Shown here piece by piece: positions 55,216 through 64,000 of a stretch of 64,000 bases of DNA. The number at the start of each line of letters is the position of its first letter. Positions within the stretch are counted from its first letter, which is position 1. Under the pieces are notes generated by a model. The model was not told the origin of the DNA. It ran no database searches and worked only from the letters and a program-made list of their open reading frames with translations. The stretch covers positions 24,345 to 88,344 of the forward strand of contig CAKTAA010000002.1 in the NCBI GenBank assembly GCA_934526185.1, written 5' to 3'. The stretch is from an uncultured Eubacteriales bacterium (GTDB lineage Bacteria; Bacillota; Clostridia; Oscillospirales; CAG-272). The position numbers and the translations under genes were made by a program.

Positions 55216-55692
55216 ATGAGAGCAGTTGTACAGAGGGTATCGGAGGCGATGGTTGAGACAGGGGGCGCCGCTGTCGGAGCCTGCGAAAAAGGCTTTTTGA
55301 TTTTACTGGGGGTTCATCGGGACGACACGGAAGAGGATGCTGTTCTGCTGACAGAAAAAATATGTAAGCTGCGCGTGTTTTCTGATGAAAACGGGAAAAT
55401 GAACCGATCGGTGACAGATGTGGGCGGAGGTGTCCTCGTTGTTTCGAATTTTACGCTGTATGCCAATACTGCGGGCGGAAACCGGCCGGATTTTTTGGAA
55501 GCGGCGGCGCCGGAACGTGCGAATTACCTGTATCGCTTTTTCATAGAAAAAATGCGCGGCAGGGTGGAGCAGGTCGGAGAGGGCGTTTTCGGAGCTGATA
55601 TGACAGTGCGTCTGATAAACGACGGACCTGTGACGATTATTCTGGACAGCGAAAATTTAAAAAAACATAAAGGAAGTACAAAGAACGCATGA
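55216..55692 (+). CDS. dtd: D-aminoacyl-tRNA deacylase
   Basis: MRAVVQRV...LILLGV...VSNFTL...GNRP.F: the canonical Dtd blocks. Confidence 0.9.
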   Translation: MRAVVQRVSEAMVETGGAAVGACEKGFLILLGVHRDDTEEDAVLLTEKICKLRVFSDENGKMNRSVTDVGGGVLVVSNFTLYANTAGGNRPDFLEAAAPERANYLYRFFIEKMRGRVEQVGEGVFGADMTVRLINDGPVTIILDSENLKKHKGSTKNA

Positions 55693-57179
55693 AACTGACA
55701 GTGGAGGGAAATGTAAATCCGTATTATGTACAGACGCTGTGCATGCTTTTTTTTCCGGGGGTGAAATTTTCAAAGACGGATGGCCCCGCCGAGGAGCTTG
55801 AAGCAATTGTCAGAACGGCGGAAGAGGATACGCAGATTACGGCCTCTGTTGTTCTCCGCTGCGGAAATCAAACGGCAGCAGCGAAAACGGCGGAGCCGTA
55901 TCAGGAGCGCCACACGAGGCAGCGGAGTATCAAAATGGCCGTAGGAAAGGCATTTTTTGACGCCGGAGAGCAGCTATTGTCTTACCGTCCAGTTTGGGGC
56001 ATTCTGACCGGTGTGCGTCCGGCGAAAGTGGCAAATTCCTATTTTGAACAAGGCTTCGATATGCCTGCTGTACAGGATATTCTCTGCGGGGAGTTTTTTG
56101 TGCATCCGAAAAAAGCGGCTCTCGCAGTTGAAATTGCGATGTATGAAAGACAGATAGCCGACGCTTATGCGGCGGCGGATACCTGTTCGCTTTATATATC
56201 GATTCCGTTTTGTCCTACGCGCTGCTCCTATTGTTCCTTTGTCTCCTATACCTCTCGCAAGCTGCTTGCGCTGATCCCTGATTATCTGAATAAGCTGTGT
56301 ACGGAAATAAATGAAACCTGTCGGCTGCTGCGTTCGCTTGGCAAAAGGGTGATATGCGTTTATATCGGAGGCGGAACGCCGACTACGCTCGATGAAAAAC
56401 AGCTTGCAAGGCTGCTGGATACTGTTTGCGGCAATCTTGATCCGGACACGCTTTCGGAGTTTACACTTGAGGCCGGCCGACCGGATACCATAACAAAAGA
56501 AAAGCTGCATATAGCGGCGGAGCACAGGGTCAGCCGCGTGAGTATCAATCCGCAGACGCTTGACGACAAAATCCTTGAAGGGATAGGCAGAAAGCATACG
56601 GCTGAGGATTTTTACCGTGCATATGATATGGCAAAGGACAGCGGGATTCCCTGCATCAATACTGATCTTATCGCCGGACTTCCCGAAGAGACTTTTTTGG
56701 GATTTTCGAAGACAGTAGACAAAATATTGATGCTTCGTCCGGAAAACCTTACCGTTCATACCTTCTGCGTGAAAAAGGCAGCGGATATCCTGCGGGAGGG
56801 CACCGATATCTATTCGAGAACCGGCGGAGATACGGGGACAAGCGTGGAATACGCTCAGCTTTCGGCCAAAAATGCCGGTTATGTACCGTACTATATCTAT
56901 CGGCAGAAAAATACGGCAGGAAATTTGGAAAACGTAGGATATGCGAGGGACGGCATGACCGGGCTTTACAATGTTTTCATGATGGAGGAGCTGCACAGTG
57001 TCTTTGCGGTGGGAGCCGGAGCTGTGACAAAGCTTGTATCGCCGGACAGGAAGCGGATTGAGCGTATATTCTCACCGAAATATCCATATGAATATATAAA
57101 AGAAAATGTCAAAAGTACGATAAATGAGGGAGCTTGTAAGCGGATACGCGAGTTTGAGCAGGAGAATCGGCCGACCTGA
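55689..57179 (+). CDS. Radical SAM protein of the oxygen-independent coproporphyrinogen oxidase family (HemN/HemZ-like)
   Basis: YISIPFCPTRCSYCSF (CxxxCxxC), YIGGGTPT and HemN-type downstream blocks. It has a long N-terminal extension as in HemZ-type proteins. 4-nt overlap with dtd. Confidence 0.8.
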   Translation: MKLTVEGNVNPYYVQTLCMLFFPGVKFSKTDGPAEELEAIVRTAEEDTQITASVVLRCGNQTAAAKTAEPYQERHTRQRSIKMAVGKAFFDAGEQLLSYRPVWGILTGVRPAKVANSYFEQGFDMPAVQDILCGEFFVHPKKAALAVEIAMYERQIADAYAAADTCSLYISIPFCPTRCSYCSFVSYTSRKLLALIPDYLNKLCTEINETCRLLRSLGKRVICVYIGGGTPTTLDEKQLARLLDTVCGNLDPDTLSEFTLEAGRPDTITKEKLHIAAEHRVSRVSINPQTLDDKILEGIGRKHTAEDFYRAYDMAKDSGIPCINTDLIAGLPEETFLGFSKTVDKILMLRPENLTVHTFCVKKAADILREGTDIYSRTGGDTGTSVEYAQLSAKNAGYVPYYIYRQKNTAGNLENVGYARDGMTGLYNVFMMEELHSVFAVGAGAVTKLVSPDRKRIERIFSPKYPYEYIKENVKSTINEGACKRIREFEQENRPT

Positions 57180-57263
57180 TATCCGTGAAAGACAAAGAAG
57201 ATTCGGGGCTGAATGGATATGGCCGGGTGAAGCTTTTTACCGGGATAAGGAGTATGTTGATAC

Positions 57264-58172
57264 ATGATATTTTTAAATAGTCAATTTGCATCGGAGGCGG
57301 AGAAACGGGAATATACAGATGCATGCGAGATGCAGTTTCAGAAGCAGCTTGCGGCAGCGGTCGACCATATCTGTGCTATGCCTGACCTGCGGTTCGTTAT
57401 GCTGGCGGGTCCGACATGCTCCGGCAAAACAACAACCGCGAGCCAGCTTTCTCGGCTTTTGGAGACGCACGGTAAACGGCTTATGATGATTTCCATCGAC
57501 GATTTTTTTCGTGATCGCGATCAGCTTCATATAACGCCGGAGGGCAATGTCGATTATGAATCTCTGCACGCCATAGATTTTCCTTATCTGGCCGAATGTA
57601 TGAAGCGGCTGCTGGAAAACAAGGAGGTCCTTCTGCCGGTTTTTGATTTTAAAATCGGCGGCCGCTCAGGGATACGGCCGTTTTTGCCAATGCCTGACGA
57701 CATCCTGTTGTTCGAGGGTATACAGGCGATATATCCGGAGATTCTATCCCTGACGCCGAAGGAGAGGAGCACAAGCATCTATATCAGTCCCATGCAGCAG
57801 GTTGATGCATACGGTGCTCTGTTCTCACCGCGCGAAATCCGATTTCTGCGCCGTTTGGTCCGCGACAGTATGTTTCGTTCTGCTGACGCGGCGCGCACGT
57901 TTTTTTTATGGGAGGGTGTCCGGAGAAACGAAGATGAAAATATACTGCCGTATGCGTCAGGGGCGTCAATCAGCATCGATTCCTTTTTGCCCTACGAGCT
58001 GAACGTTATCCGACCGTTTGCTGAGACAGTTCTGCAGCAGTTGCCTGATGGAGATTCGCATACGGCTGAGCGAGACGGACTGCTTGAAAAGCTGTCGGGT
58101 ATTCCGGTGATTTCATCCGAATATGTTCCGGCGGATTCTTTTTTCCGCGAATTTATCGGTCCGCGTAAATAA
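57264..58172 (+). CDS. Uridine-kinase-family nucleoside kinase
   Basis: P-loop LAGPTCSGKTTTA, ISIDDFF, LFEGIQAIYPE. Confidence 0.65.
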   Translation: MIFLNSQFASEAEKREYTDACEMQFQKQLAAAVDHICAMPDLRFVMLAGPTCSGKTTTASQLSRLLETHGKRLMMISIDDFFRDRDQLHITPEGNVDYESLHAIDFPYLAECMKRLLENKEVLLPVFDFKIGGRSGIRPFLPMPDDILLFEGIQAIYPEILSLTPKERSTSIYISPMQQVDAYGALFSPREIRFLRRLVRDSMFRSADAARTFFLWEGVRRNEDENILPYASGASISIDSFLPYELNVIRPFAETVLQQLPDGDSHTAERDGLLEKLSGIPVISSEYVPADSFFREFIGPRK

Positions 58173-58324
58173 TTGAGGCGTCGGATTTGTTTTTAAATGA
58201 TACAGGACTGCGGAAAAAGCGAGCAATCAATCCCGGTGTGAAAAATTGTTCCGGAACATAGAACAGCGCTTATAGTGCAGGGCGTCAGAACCGAGTATTG
58301 CCCGAAGAAAGGAAAGGATTGGTT

Positions 58325-59155
58325 ATGTTAAAAAAAGCTGATATAACAAAATACAGGGAAAGTGCGGAATATATCCGTAAGCGTGCCGGAAAAGCGCCGG
58401 ATACGGCTGTCATATTGGGTTCCGGCTTGGGCGGATATGCGTCCTGTGCAGAAAATGCCGTTGTCATACCCTACCGTGAGATACCGCATTTTCCGATATC
58501 TACCGTTTCGTACCAAAAGGGTGAGCTGATTATTGGAGATATCGGCGGCAAACGTGTACTGATGATGAACGGCCGCTTTCATTATTACGAGGGATGGGAG
58601 ATGTGGGAGACCGCGTATCCTATCGGCGTGTTTTCATTACTCGGTATCAATAAAATGATAGTTACAAACGCAGCGGGCGGCATCAATGCAGAAAAGCTGA
58701 GGCGCGGAGACCTTGTGTGTGTAACGGATCATATCAAACTTTCACCGGACAGTCCGGTGCGCGGACAGAATATCGATGCATTCGGCGACCGGTTCTTCGA
58801 CATGCAGAGCGTTTATGACCGGGGGATGGCGGCACTGGCAAAGAAGAAAGCGGCAGAGGCCGGATTTGAGCTGAAAGAAGGCGTATACGCCTATATGTCA
58901 GGTCCACAGTATGAAACGCCGGCTGAAATTCGGATGCTGAAAACACTGGGAGCGGATCTTGTAGGTATGTCGACAGTTGCGGAGGTCATTTCTGCGGCGC
59001 AGTGCGGTATCCGTGTGCTGTGTATCTCCTGCGTATCGAATATGGCTGCCGGCGTTACGGGAGAGCCGATCACAGAAGAGGAGGTTTTGGAGATTGCGGC
59101 ACAGATTTCTTCTAAATTTGAAAAACTGGTAACGGATGTGATTCTTGAGCTGTAA
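58325..59155 (+). CDS. Purine nucleoside phosphorylase (trimeric PNP/MTAP family)
   Basis: AVILGSGLG, GRFHYYEG, NAAGG, MSGPQYETPAEIRMLKTLGADLVGMSTVAEV. ATG 58325 follows AAAGGAAAGGA. Confidence 0.9.
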   Translation: MLKKADITKYRESAEYIRKRAGKAPDTAVILGSGLGGYASCAENAVVIPYREIPHFPISTVSYQKGELIIGDIGGKRVLMMNGRFHYYEGWEMWETAYPIGVFSLLGINKMIVTNAAGGINAEKLRRGDLVCVTDHIKLSPDSPVRGQNIDAFGDRFFDMQSVYDRGMAALAKKKAAEAGFELKEGVYAYMSGPQYETPAEIRMLKTLGADLVGMSTVAEVISAAQCGIRVLCISCVSNMAAGVTGEPITEEEVLEIAAQISSKFEKLVTDVILEL

Positions 59156-59230
59156 ATATCGGCCGGAAACGTGCTGAGATCGGACAACACAAACGGCAAA
59201 ACCGGGACCGGATGTATGAAAGGAATGCAT

Positions 59231-60520
59231 ATGAAAATTTTGTTTGACGGCGTAACAGTCTTGACGGAAAACGGCCGGACGATACCGAGAGGCTATGTAA
59301 TGACAGACGGTGCGCATATCGCATATGTGGGAGCCGAGAAGCCTAAAGAGAAGGCCGACCGAGTAATCAAAGGCGGGGGAAAGCTTCTGATGCCGGGGCT
59401 TTATAATTGCCATACACATGCAGCCATGTCCCTGTTTCGTGGGTACGGAGAGGACATGCCGCTTCAGAGCTGGCTGTTTGACAGGATTTTTCCTGCCGAG
59501 GAGCGCCTGAATCCCGAGGCTGTATATGCAGCCTCCTTGCTGGCCTGTGCGGAACAGATCAAGAACGGAATCGTTTCTTTTTCGGATCTGTACTTTTTTT
59601 GTGAGGATACGGTACGAGCTGTTGCCGACAGCGGAATGAAAGCCAATATCAGCAGAGGCATTAGCTGCTTCGAGCCGGTTTCAAAGGAAAATGACTACCG
59701 CTTTGCCGAGGCGTGCGCCCTGCATAAATCGTATCATAAAGCTTTTGACGGACGAATACATATAGATATGGCCATTCATGCGGAATATACAATTCTGCCG
59801 GAAAACTGCGGATACATTGCCGCATATGCCAAGGAAAACGGTCTGGGACTTCAGCTTCATCTTTCGGAAACAGAAAAGGAGCACAGGGAGTGCGAGGAAC
59901 GGCATGGAAAAACGCCTGCCCGCTTTTTCTATGATCTGGGTGTATTCGATGTCCCAGTATCGGCTGCCCATTGCGTCTGGTTGACGGATGAGGACATGGA
60001 ACTGCTGGCGGAGAAAGGCGTGACGGCTGTTCATAATCCGGCAAGTAATCTGAAGCTCGGCAGCGGTATCATGCCGCTGCACAGGATATGGAGGAAGGGA
60101 ATCCGAGTGACGCTGGGAACGGACGGCGCTGCTTCCAATAACACCCTTGATATCCTACGCGAGCTGAATTTGGCGGCGCTGCTGCAGAAAGGCAGCGATC
60201 GCGTATGCGATGCCATGGCCGCAGCGGATTTTGTTCCGATGGCGACGGTCAACGGCGCATGCGCCCAAGGCAGATCGGACTGCGGACGCATGTGTGCCGG
60301 CGCGCGTGCCGATCTTGTTCTGATCGATCTTGATACGCCAAATAATCTGCCGGTGCATGATCCCGTGACCTCGCTGCTGTACAGCGTCAACACTTCGAAT
60401 GTGCTGATGACCATGGCAGACGGCAGTGTTTTATATGAAAACGGGCAATATACGACGATAGATATTGAAAAGACAAAACAGAAAATAAAAGATGTCTGCG
60501 GCAGTTTTTTTAAACAATGA
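59231..60520 (+). CDS. mtaD: Amidohydrolase, 5-methylthioadenosine/S-adenosylhomocysteine deaminase type
   Basis: MKILFDGVTVL..., LMPGLYNCHTHAAMSLFRGYGEDMPLQSWL, HLSET..E, GTDGAASNN. Start trimmed to 59231 (RBS AAAGGA). Confidence 0.85.
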   Translation: MKILFDGVTVLTENGRTIPRGYVMTDGAHIAYVGAEKPKEKADRVIKGGGKLLMPGLYNCHTHAAMSLFRGYGEDMPLQSWLFDRIFPAEERLNPEAVYAASLLACAEQIKNGIVSFSDLYFFCEDTVRAVADSGMKANISRGISCFEPVSKENDYRFAEACALHKSYHKAFDGRIHIDMAIHAEYTILPENCGYIAAYAKENGLGLQLHLSETEKEHRECEERHGKTPARFFYDLGVFDVPVSAAHCVWLTDEDMELLAEKGVTAVHNPASNLKLGSGIMPLHRIWRKGIRVTLGTDGAASNNTLDILRELNLAALLQKGSDRVCDAMAAADFVPMATVNGACAQGRSDCGRMCAGARADLVLIDLDTPNNLPVHDPVTSLLYSVNTSNVLMTMADGSVLYENGQYTTIDIEKTKQKIKDVCGSFFKQ

Positions 60521-60791
60521 GAAACTGTCAGCCTAAGCGCCTGAAATATCATACAGGCATTGTGTTTCGGGCCGCATAGAACGGTCCGGTAACTTTTAAG
60601 CCGTGGAAAAACTGCTTGGCGGTAAGCATTACGTCAGCAGACAAAAATCGCTCCGGATTTACAGCCAAAAGCGCCGGGGATTTCGGAGGATTCCCTCCTG
60701 TCTGCATGAAAGGGTGGATAGACAATTGGCAAAACAAAAACAAACAGAAAATGCGGTGCAGCCGTCGGATTTTGTGCAGAAAAGCAAGAAG

Positions 60792-62396
60792 ATGTTTTTT
60801 TCCGGCGTGGTTGTGCTGACCATCTCCAATATCGTCATCAAATTGATGGGATTGCTCCTCAAGGTTCCGCTGACCAATATGATAGGCGACACCGGCATGG
60901 GATACTTCAATTTGGCGTATACTATTTATAAATGGTTTTATATGGTGTCGACGGCCGGTCTGCCCGTTGCGATATCTATTATGGTATCAGAAAGCCGGAC
61001 ACGCCGCAAGGAAAAGGAAATCAAAAAGATTTATAACGTGACGCTGACGCTGTTTCTCATCATCGGCATTGCCGGAACAGCGGCTATGATGTTCGGTTCG
61101 GGCATATTTGCAAAAATGCAGGGTGCGCCTGACGCGAAATTCTGTATTATGGCCATTGCGCCGACGCTGTTTTTCATCTGTATTTCAAGCGCGATCCGCG
61201 GGTATTTTCAAGGCTTTCAGAATATGACGCCGACGGCGGTTTCGCAGATCATCGAAGCGTTCAGCAAGCTGGCGGTCGGACTGCTGCTCGGATACTACGC
61301 TAAAAATATTGCCAACAACGGCGAGGGTTATCCGATCGAAATTGTCGCGGCATTTGCAATAGCCGGTCTGACCATCGGTGTACTGTTCGGCATGATTTTC
61401 CTGGTTCTGTCAAAATGTATTTATAAGCCGATCTTCAATATGGCTATAGAGGCGGACGAGAATGTACGTCCGGCAGATGAAATTGCCAAACGGCTGATGC
61501 TGACGGCAATACCCATCACCATCAGCGCGTCCGTTATGAGTCTGACGGATTTGGTGGATTCCATGATCATCATCCGCCGGCTGAAAAGCATAGGTCTTGA
61601 TGCGGAATACGCTTTGAAGCTATACGGCAACTATACGTCGCTGGCTGTGCCGATGTTCAACCTGCCCCCGGTTCTGATTTATCCGATTTCGTATTCTCTT
61701 GTGCCCCTGATTTCATCCGCTCTGGCGTACGGAAACAGAGAGCGGACGCGCACCATCATCAATTCCGCGCTGAAGGTGACGTCAATCATTGCGCTGCCGT
61801 GCGCGCTCGGTATGTCTGTGCTTTCAGAGCCGATCCTGCTGATGTTTTTCGAACCCGAGCTTGTGGAAACCGGTGCGCCGCTTTTGGCGGTGCTGGCGCT
61901 TGCTGTATTTTTTGTCTCCATTCTATCTATAACCAATGCCATTCTGCAGTCCTGCAAACTGGAAAGAAAGCCGATTATTGCTATGCTGGTCGGCGCTGTG
62001 GTAAAACTGATTTCAAGCTACATATTGATTGGCATTCCGGCGATAGGCATATACGGTACGCCTATCAGTACGCTGCTGTGCTATATCACAATCACGGCAA
62101 TGAACATTTTCTTTGTCGTCAAATATGTCAAAGTGGTTCCTTCAGTTCAGCGGGTATTTTTCAGGCCGTTTTTGGCGGCTCTGATCTGCGCTTTGACGGC
62201 TTTGGGCGCGTATAAGTTCACATTTGATCAGTTAGATTCCGCAAAGCTGGCGACCGTGGCTTCCATCGGCTGTGCGGCACTTGTTTACGCGGTAGTGCTT
62301 TTCCTAATCCGAGGCGTGGATAAGGACGATATTCTTTTGCTGCCGAAGGGTGAAAAAATATATAAAATTTTGCATAAAATGCACTTGTTGGCGTAA
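60792..62396 (+). CDS. MOP-superfamily polysaccharide/lipid II flippase (SpoVB/MurJ-like)
   Basis: About 12-14 TM segments. The N-terminus FFSGVVVLTISNIVIKLMGLLLKVPLTNMIGDTGMGYFNLAY resembles SpoVB. The start is uncertain: ATG 60792 or an upstream in-frame GTG. The track start at 60603 is unlikely. Confidence 0.75.
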   Translation: MFFSGVVVLTISNIVIKLMGLLLKVPLTNMIGDTGMGYFNLAYTIYKWFYMVSTAGLPVAISIMVSESRTRRKEKEIKKIYNVTLTLFLIIGIAGTAAMMFGSGIFAKMQGAPDAKFCIMAIAPTLFFICISSAIRGYFQGFQNMTPTAVSQIIEAFSKLAVGLLLGYYAKNIANNGEGYPIEIVAAFAIAGLTIGVLFGMIFLVLSKCIYKPIFNMAIEADENVRPADEIAKRLMLTAIPITISASVMSLTDLVDSMIIIRRLKSIGLDAEYALKLYGNYTSLAVPMFNLPPVLIYPISYSLVPLISSALAYGNRERTRTIINSALKVTSIIALPCALGMSVLSEPILLMFFEPELVETGAPLLAVLALAVFFVSILSITNAILQSCKLERKPIIAMLVGAVVKLISSYILIGIPAIGIYGTPISTLLCYITITAMNIFFVVKYVKVVPSVQRVFFRPFLAALICALTALGAYKFTFDQLDSAKLATVASIGCAALVYAVVLFLIRGVDKDDILLLPKGEKIYKILHKMHLLA

Positions 62397-62564
62397 TGAA
62401 ACGGCCATTTTGAGGGATTGGGCAGAGAAATTTGTGTTCGTCGGTATATCTCTGTTAAACTGAAAAGTATTATTAAAGTTACAAAAAGCAGTGGCAGCCA
62501 ACCGCGGAGATAACTGCGCAATGCGCCCGGTTGAAAGCCGCTGCCTCTGATTTTACGGACAGAA

Positions 62565-62604
62565 AACGGACACGCCGCGGGCCGAGCCGGCGTGTCCGTT
62601 TTTT
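62565..62604 (+). terminator. Intrinsic terminator
   Basis: 13-bp stem AACGGACACGCCG / CGGCGTGTCCGTT with a 10-nt loop, followed by TTTTTT. Confidence 0.8.
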
Positions 62605-63479
62605 CTGGGAATATGTAAATAAGGAAAGTTTTATTTGCCAGCCTTCTTCCTTTTGCTGTACATATCCATACCGATGCTGCTGAACAATGTAAGCGAAAGC
62701 CAAAGTAAAAGGCTGCTTTCATCTTCCGAATGCGGGGGATTATCCACACCATTGCCGGCTTCCGTACTTAAGCTCGATTACCGAAATTTGTGTGTCACAA
62801 TCAAAACAGTTTTAATGACAAATGGGGAGAGACTCTTTGTTTGATATTTTGCGATACACTTGAAAGGAAATCGATTTCGACATCCGCAGGAGATATGGGC
62901 AGCGATAATTTCTGTGCTTTGGCTGTCTTGAGTCTCTTAATAGACACTATGTACCAGATCCTCTGACGCTCGGCACTGCACCATTACCGTTAAATCGGCG
63001 TTATAACCGTCCTGCCGGCGGCATATACAGATCTTCAAAATGCTATGTTGCTTTTGGTTTTGATGTATCATATTTCGATGTTTTATAAATCGGATGAAAC
63101 ACAAATGATGGCAGAAATGGAAGCAATGGAGTGTTAAAGGAAAAGATTATTTGGACAAAAAGCCTGTATTCATGAGAAGAAAAACACCTCATTGGGGGAG
63201 CCGGATACTCGCGGACAATATACCAAATCCCTGTTATTTCAGTATTTTTTATCAAATTCGAATTTAAAAAAGAATTTTTAAGAAAAAATTTCCATGGATA
63301 TACTGCCAGGTATTTGGTGTTGAAATTGCAAAACGGCGGCGTTATAATAGGAACGAAGGCTGAAGAAGGGAATTGAAACCGCCCTCTGTCACCTGAGGCT
63401 GCCGGATAGCTTGTTGCGGAGGCTTGCAGCTCTCGAAATCCTTCAAAACCACTGTATTCCGCAAAGCAAAGGAGTTACT

Positions 63480-64000
63480 TATGAAAAGAATGCTACGACG
63501 TATGATGGTCTGTGCGGCTGGCCTTATGACGGCTGCAGCTATGATACTTCCGGCGAGCGCGGCCTGCCCGCTTCAGAATGCGGTGCAGTCCTATGCTCAG
63601 AAGTCAACCGGTACAAGCTCAGACTGGTCCAATCTGAAAATTACAGGCGCCGACCTTTCTAAATTGAATTGCGGAAACTCATCCTGTCCTTTGACCGGCT
63701 GCGAAGGCAGCACCTGCGGGACGGATCAGAGCTGTCCGGCAAACAGTACAAATGATGCTGTTAAGAAAATCATCGTCCAGAAAACAGGGAATCTTCCCTC
63801 CTGCCTTCAGGACGGCACGTGCGATATCACGGATAAACTGCAGGAGATGATAAATAACAACGACGGTGTTTGCGCGGACGGAAACTGTGAAAACGAGCAG
63901 ACCGTTCCTTCTGAAACTCCTGTCATACCGCAGGTAACCCCTGACGAAACGGATAAGACAGAGATTGAACAGCCGGCAGAAAACAATACACAGACAGGTA
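63480..64000 (+). CDS. Secreted Cys-rich protein of unknown function, N-terminal part (runs off the right edge)
   Basis: Not in the track because it is open at the edge. AAAGGAG RBS plus ATG 63480. MKRMLRRMMVCAAGLMTAAAMILPASA (signal peptide), then at least 13 Cys in ~120 aa (CPLQ.., NCGNSSCPLTGCEGSTCGTDQSCP, SCLQDGTCD, VCADGNCE), followed by a Pro/Thr/Glu-rich linker. Confidence 0.65.

Noticed and set aside
62285-62752. A 155-aa minus-strand ORF downstream of, and overlapping, the flippase gene.
   Set aside because: It overlaps the 3' end of the well-supported flippase gene and runs through a strong + strand terminator. Its composition is Arg/Pro/Ser-rich and shadow-like.

Overview
This is a 64-kb chromosomal window from a Gram-positive anaerobe. 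It looks Clostridia-like (Oscillospiraceae/Ruminococcaceae style): GGAGG-type RBSs, an SLH-domain wall protein, a SpoVB-type flippase, cdaA-cdaR, and ferredoxin-dependent 2-oxoacid oxidoreductase.

The window has two parts.

(1) Positions 1 to about 12.3 kb are accessory-looking and visibly more AT-rich. This part opens with a tightly coupled seven-gene minus-strand operon that runs off the left edge. In transcription order it encodes: an HPr-kinase-like kinase, an S24/S26-type peptidase, a PqqD-type RRE, a radical-SAM/SPASM enzyme, an ACP-FkbH (HAD-IIIC) fusion, an NTP_transf_5-type nucleotidyltransferase, and a large hydrolase-like protein. I consider this the most interesting object: a candidate uncharacterised peptide-modification (RiPP-like) system. 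No precursor gene is visible in the window. The operon is followed by a decayed mobile/defence remnant: an XRE HTH gene, a multiply frameshifted N6-adenine methyltransferase with no S or R partner, HTH fragments, an AT-rich tract, an iteron-like/GGA-rich repeat array bracketed by two near-identical palindromes, and a sigma-70/ECF-type factor with a long C-terminal extension. The segment abuts two tandem tRNA-Leu genes.

(2) The remaining ~50 kb is core genome:
- mtnA, an SLH/ricin/M23 wall hydrolase, and a lipoprotein with a mosaic 609-bp tandem duplication
- an orphan carB
- a complete F-type ATP synthase operon with three oddities: a ~260-aa N-terminal extension on subunit a, a Na+-type ion-binding signature in subunit c, and a 72-aa delta subunit in frame with subunit b
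- typA, a TetR/KTR/methyltransferase trio, and a DnaC-like ATPase
- a queG-like gene and a four-subunit 2-oxoacid:ferredoxin oxidoreductase operon led by a MinD/ParA-like ATPase
- cdaA-cdaR, recJ, rel, dtd, a HemN/HemZ-like radical SAM gene, nucleoside salvage genes (PNP, mtaD), a SpoVB/MurJ-type flippase, and a truncated Cys-rich secreted protein

I found no CRISPR array, rRNA or intact transposase. All calls rest on motif-level reading of the translations. No database search was possible.
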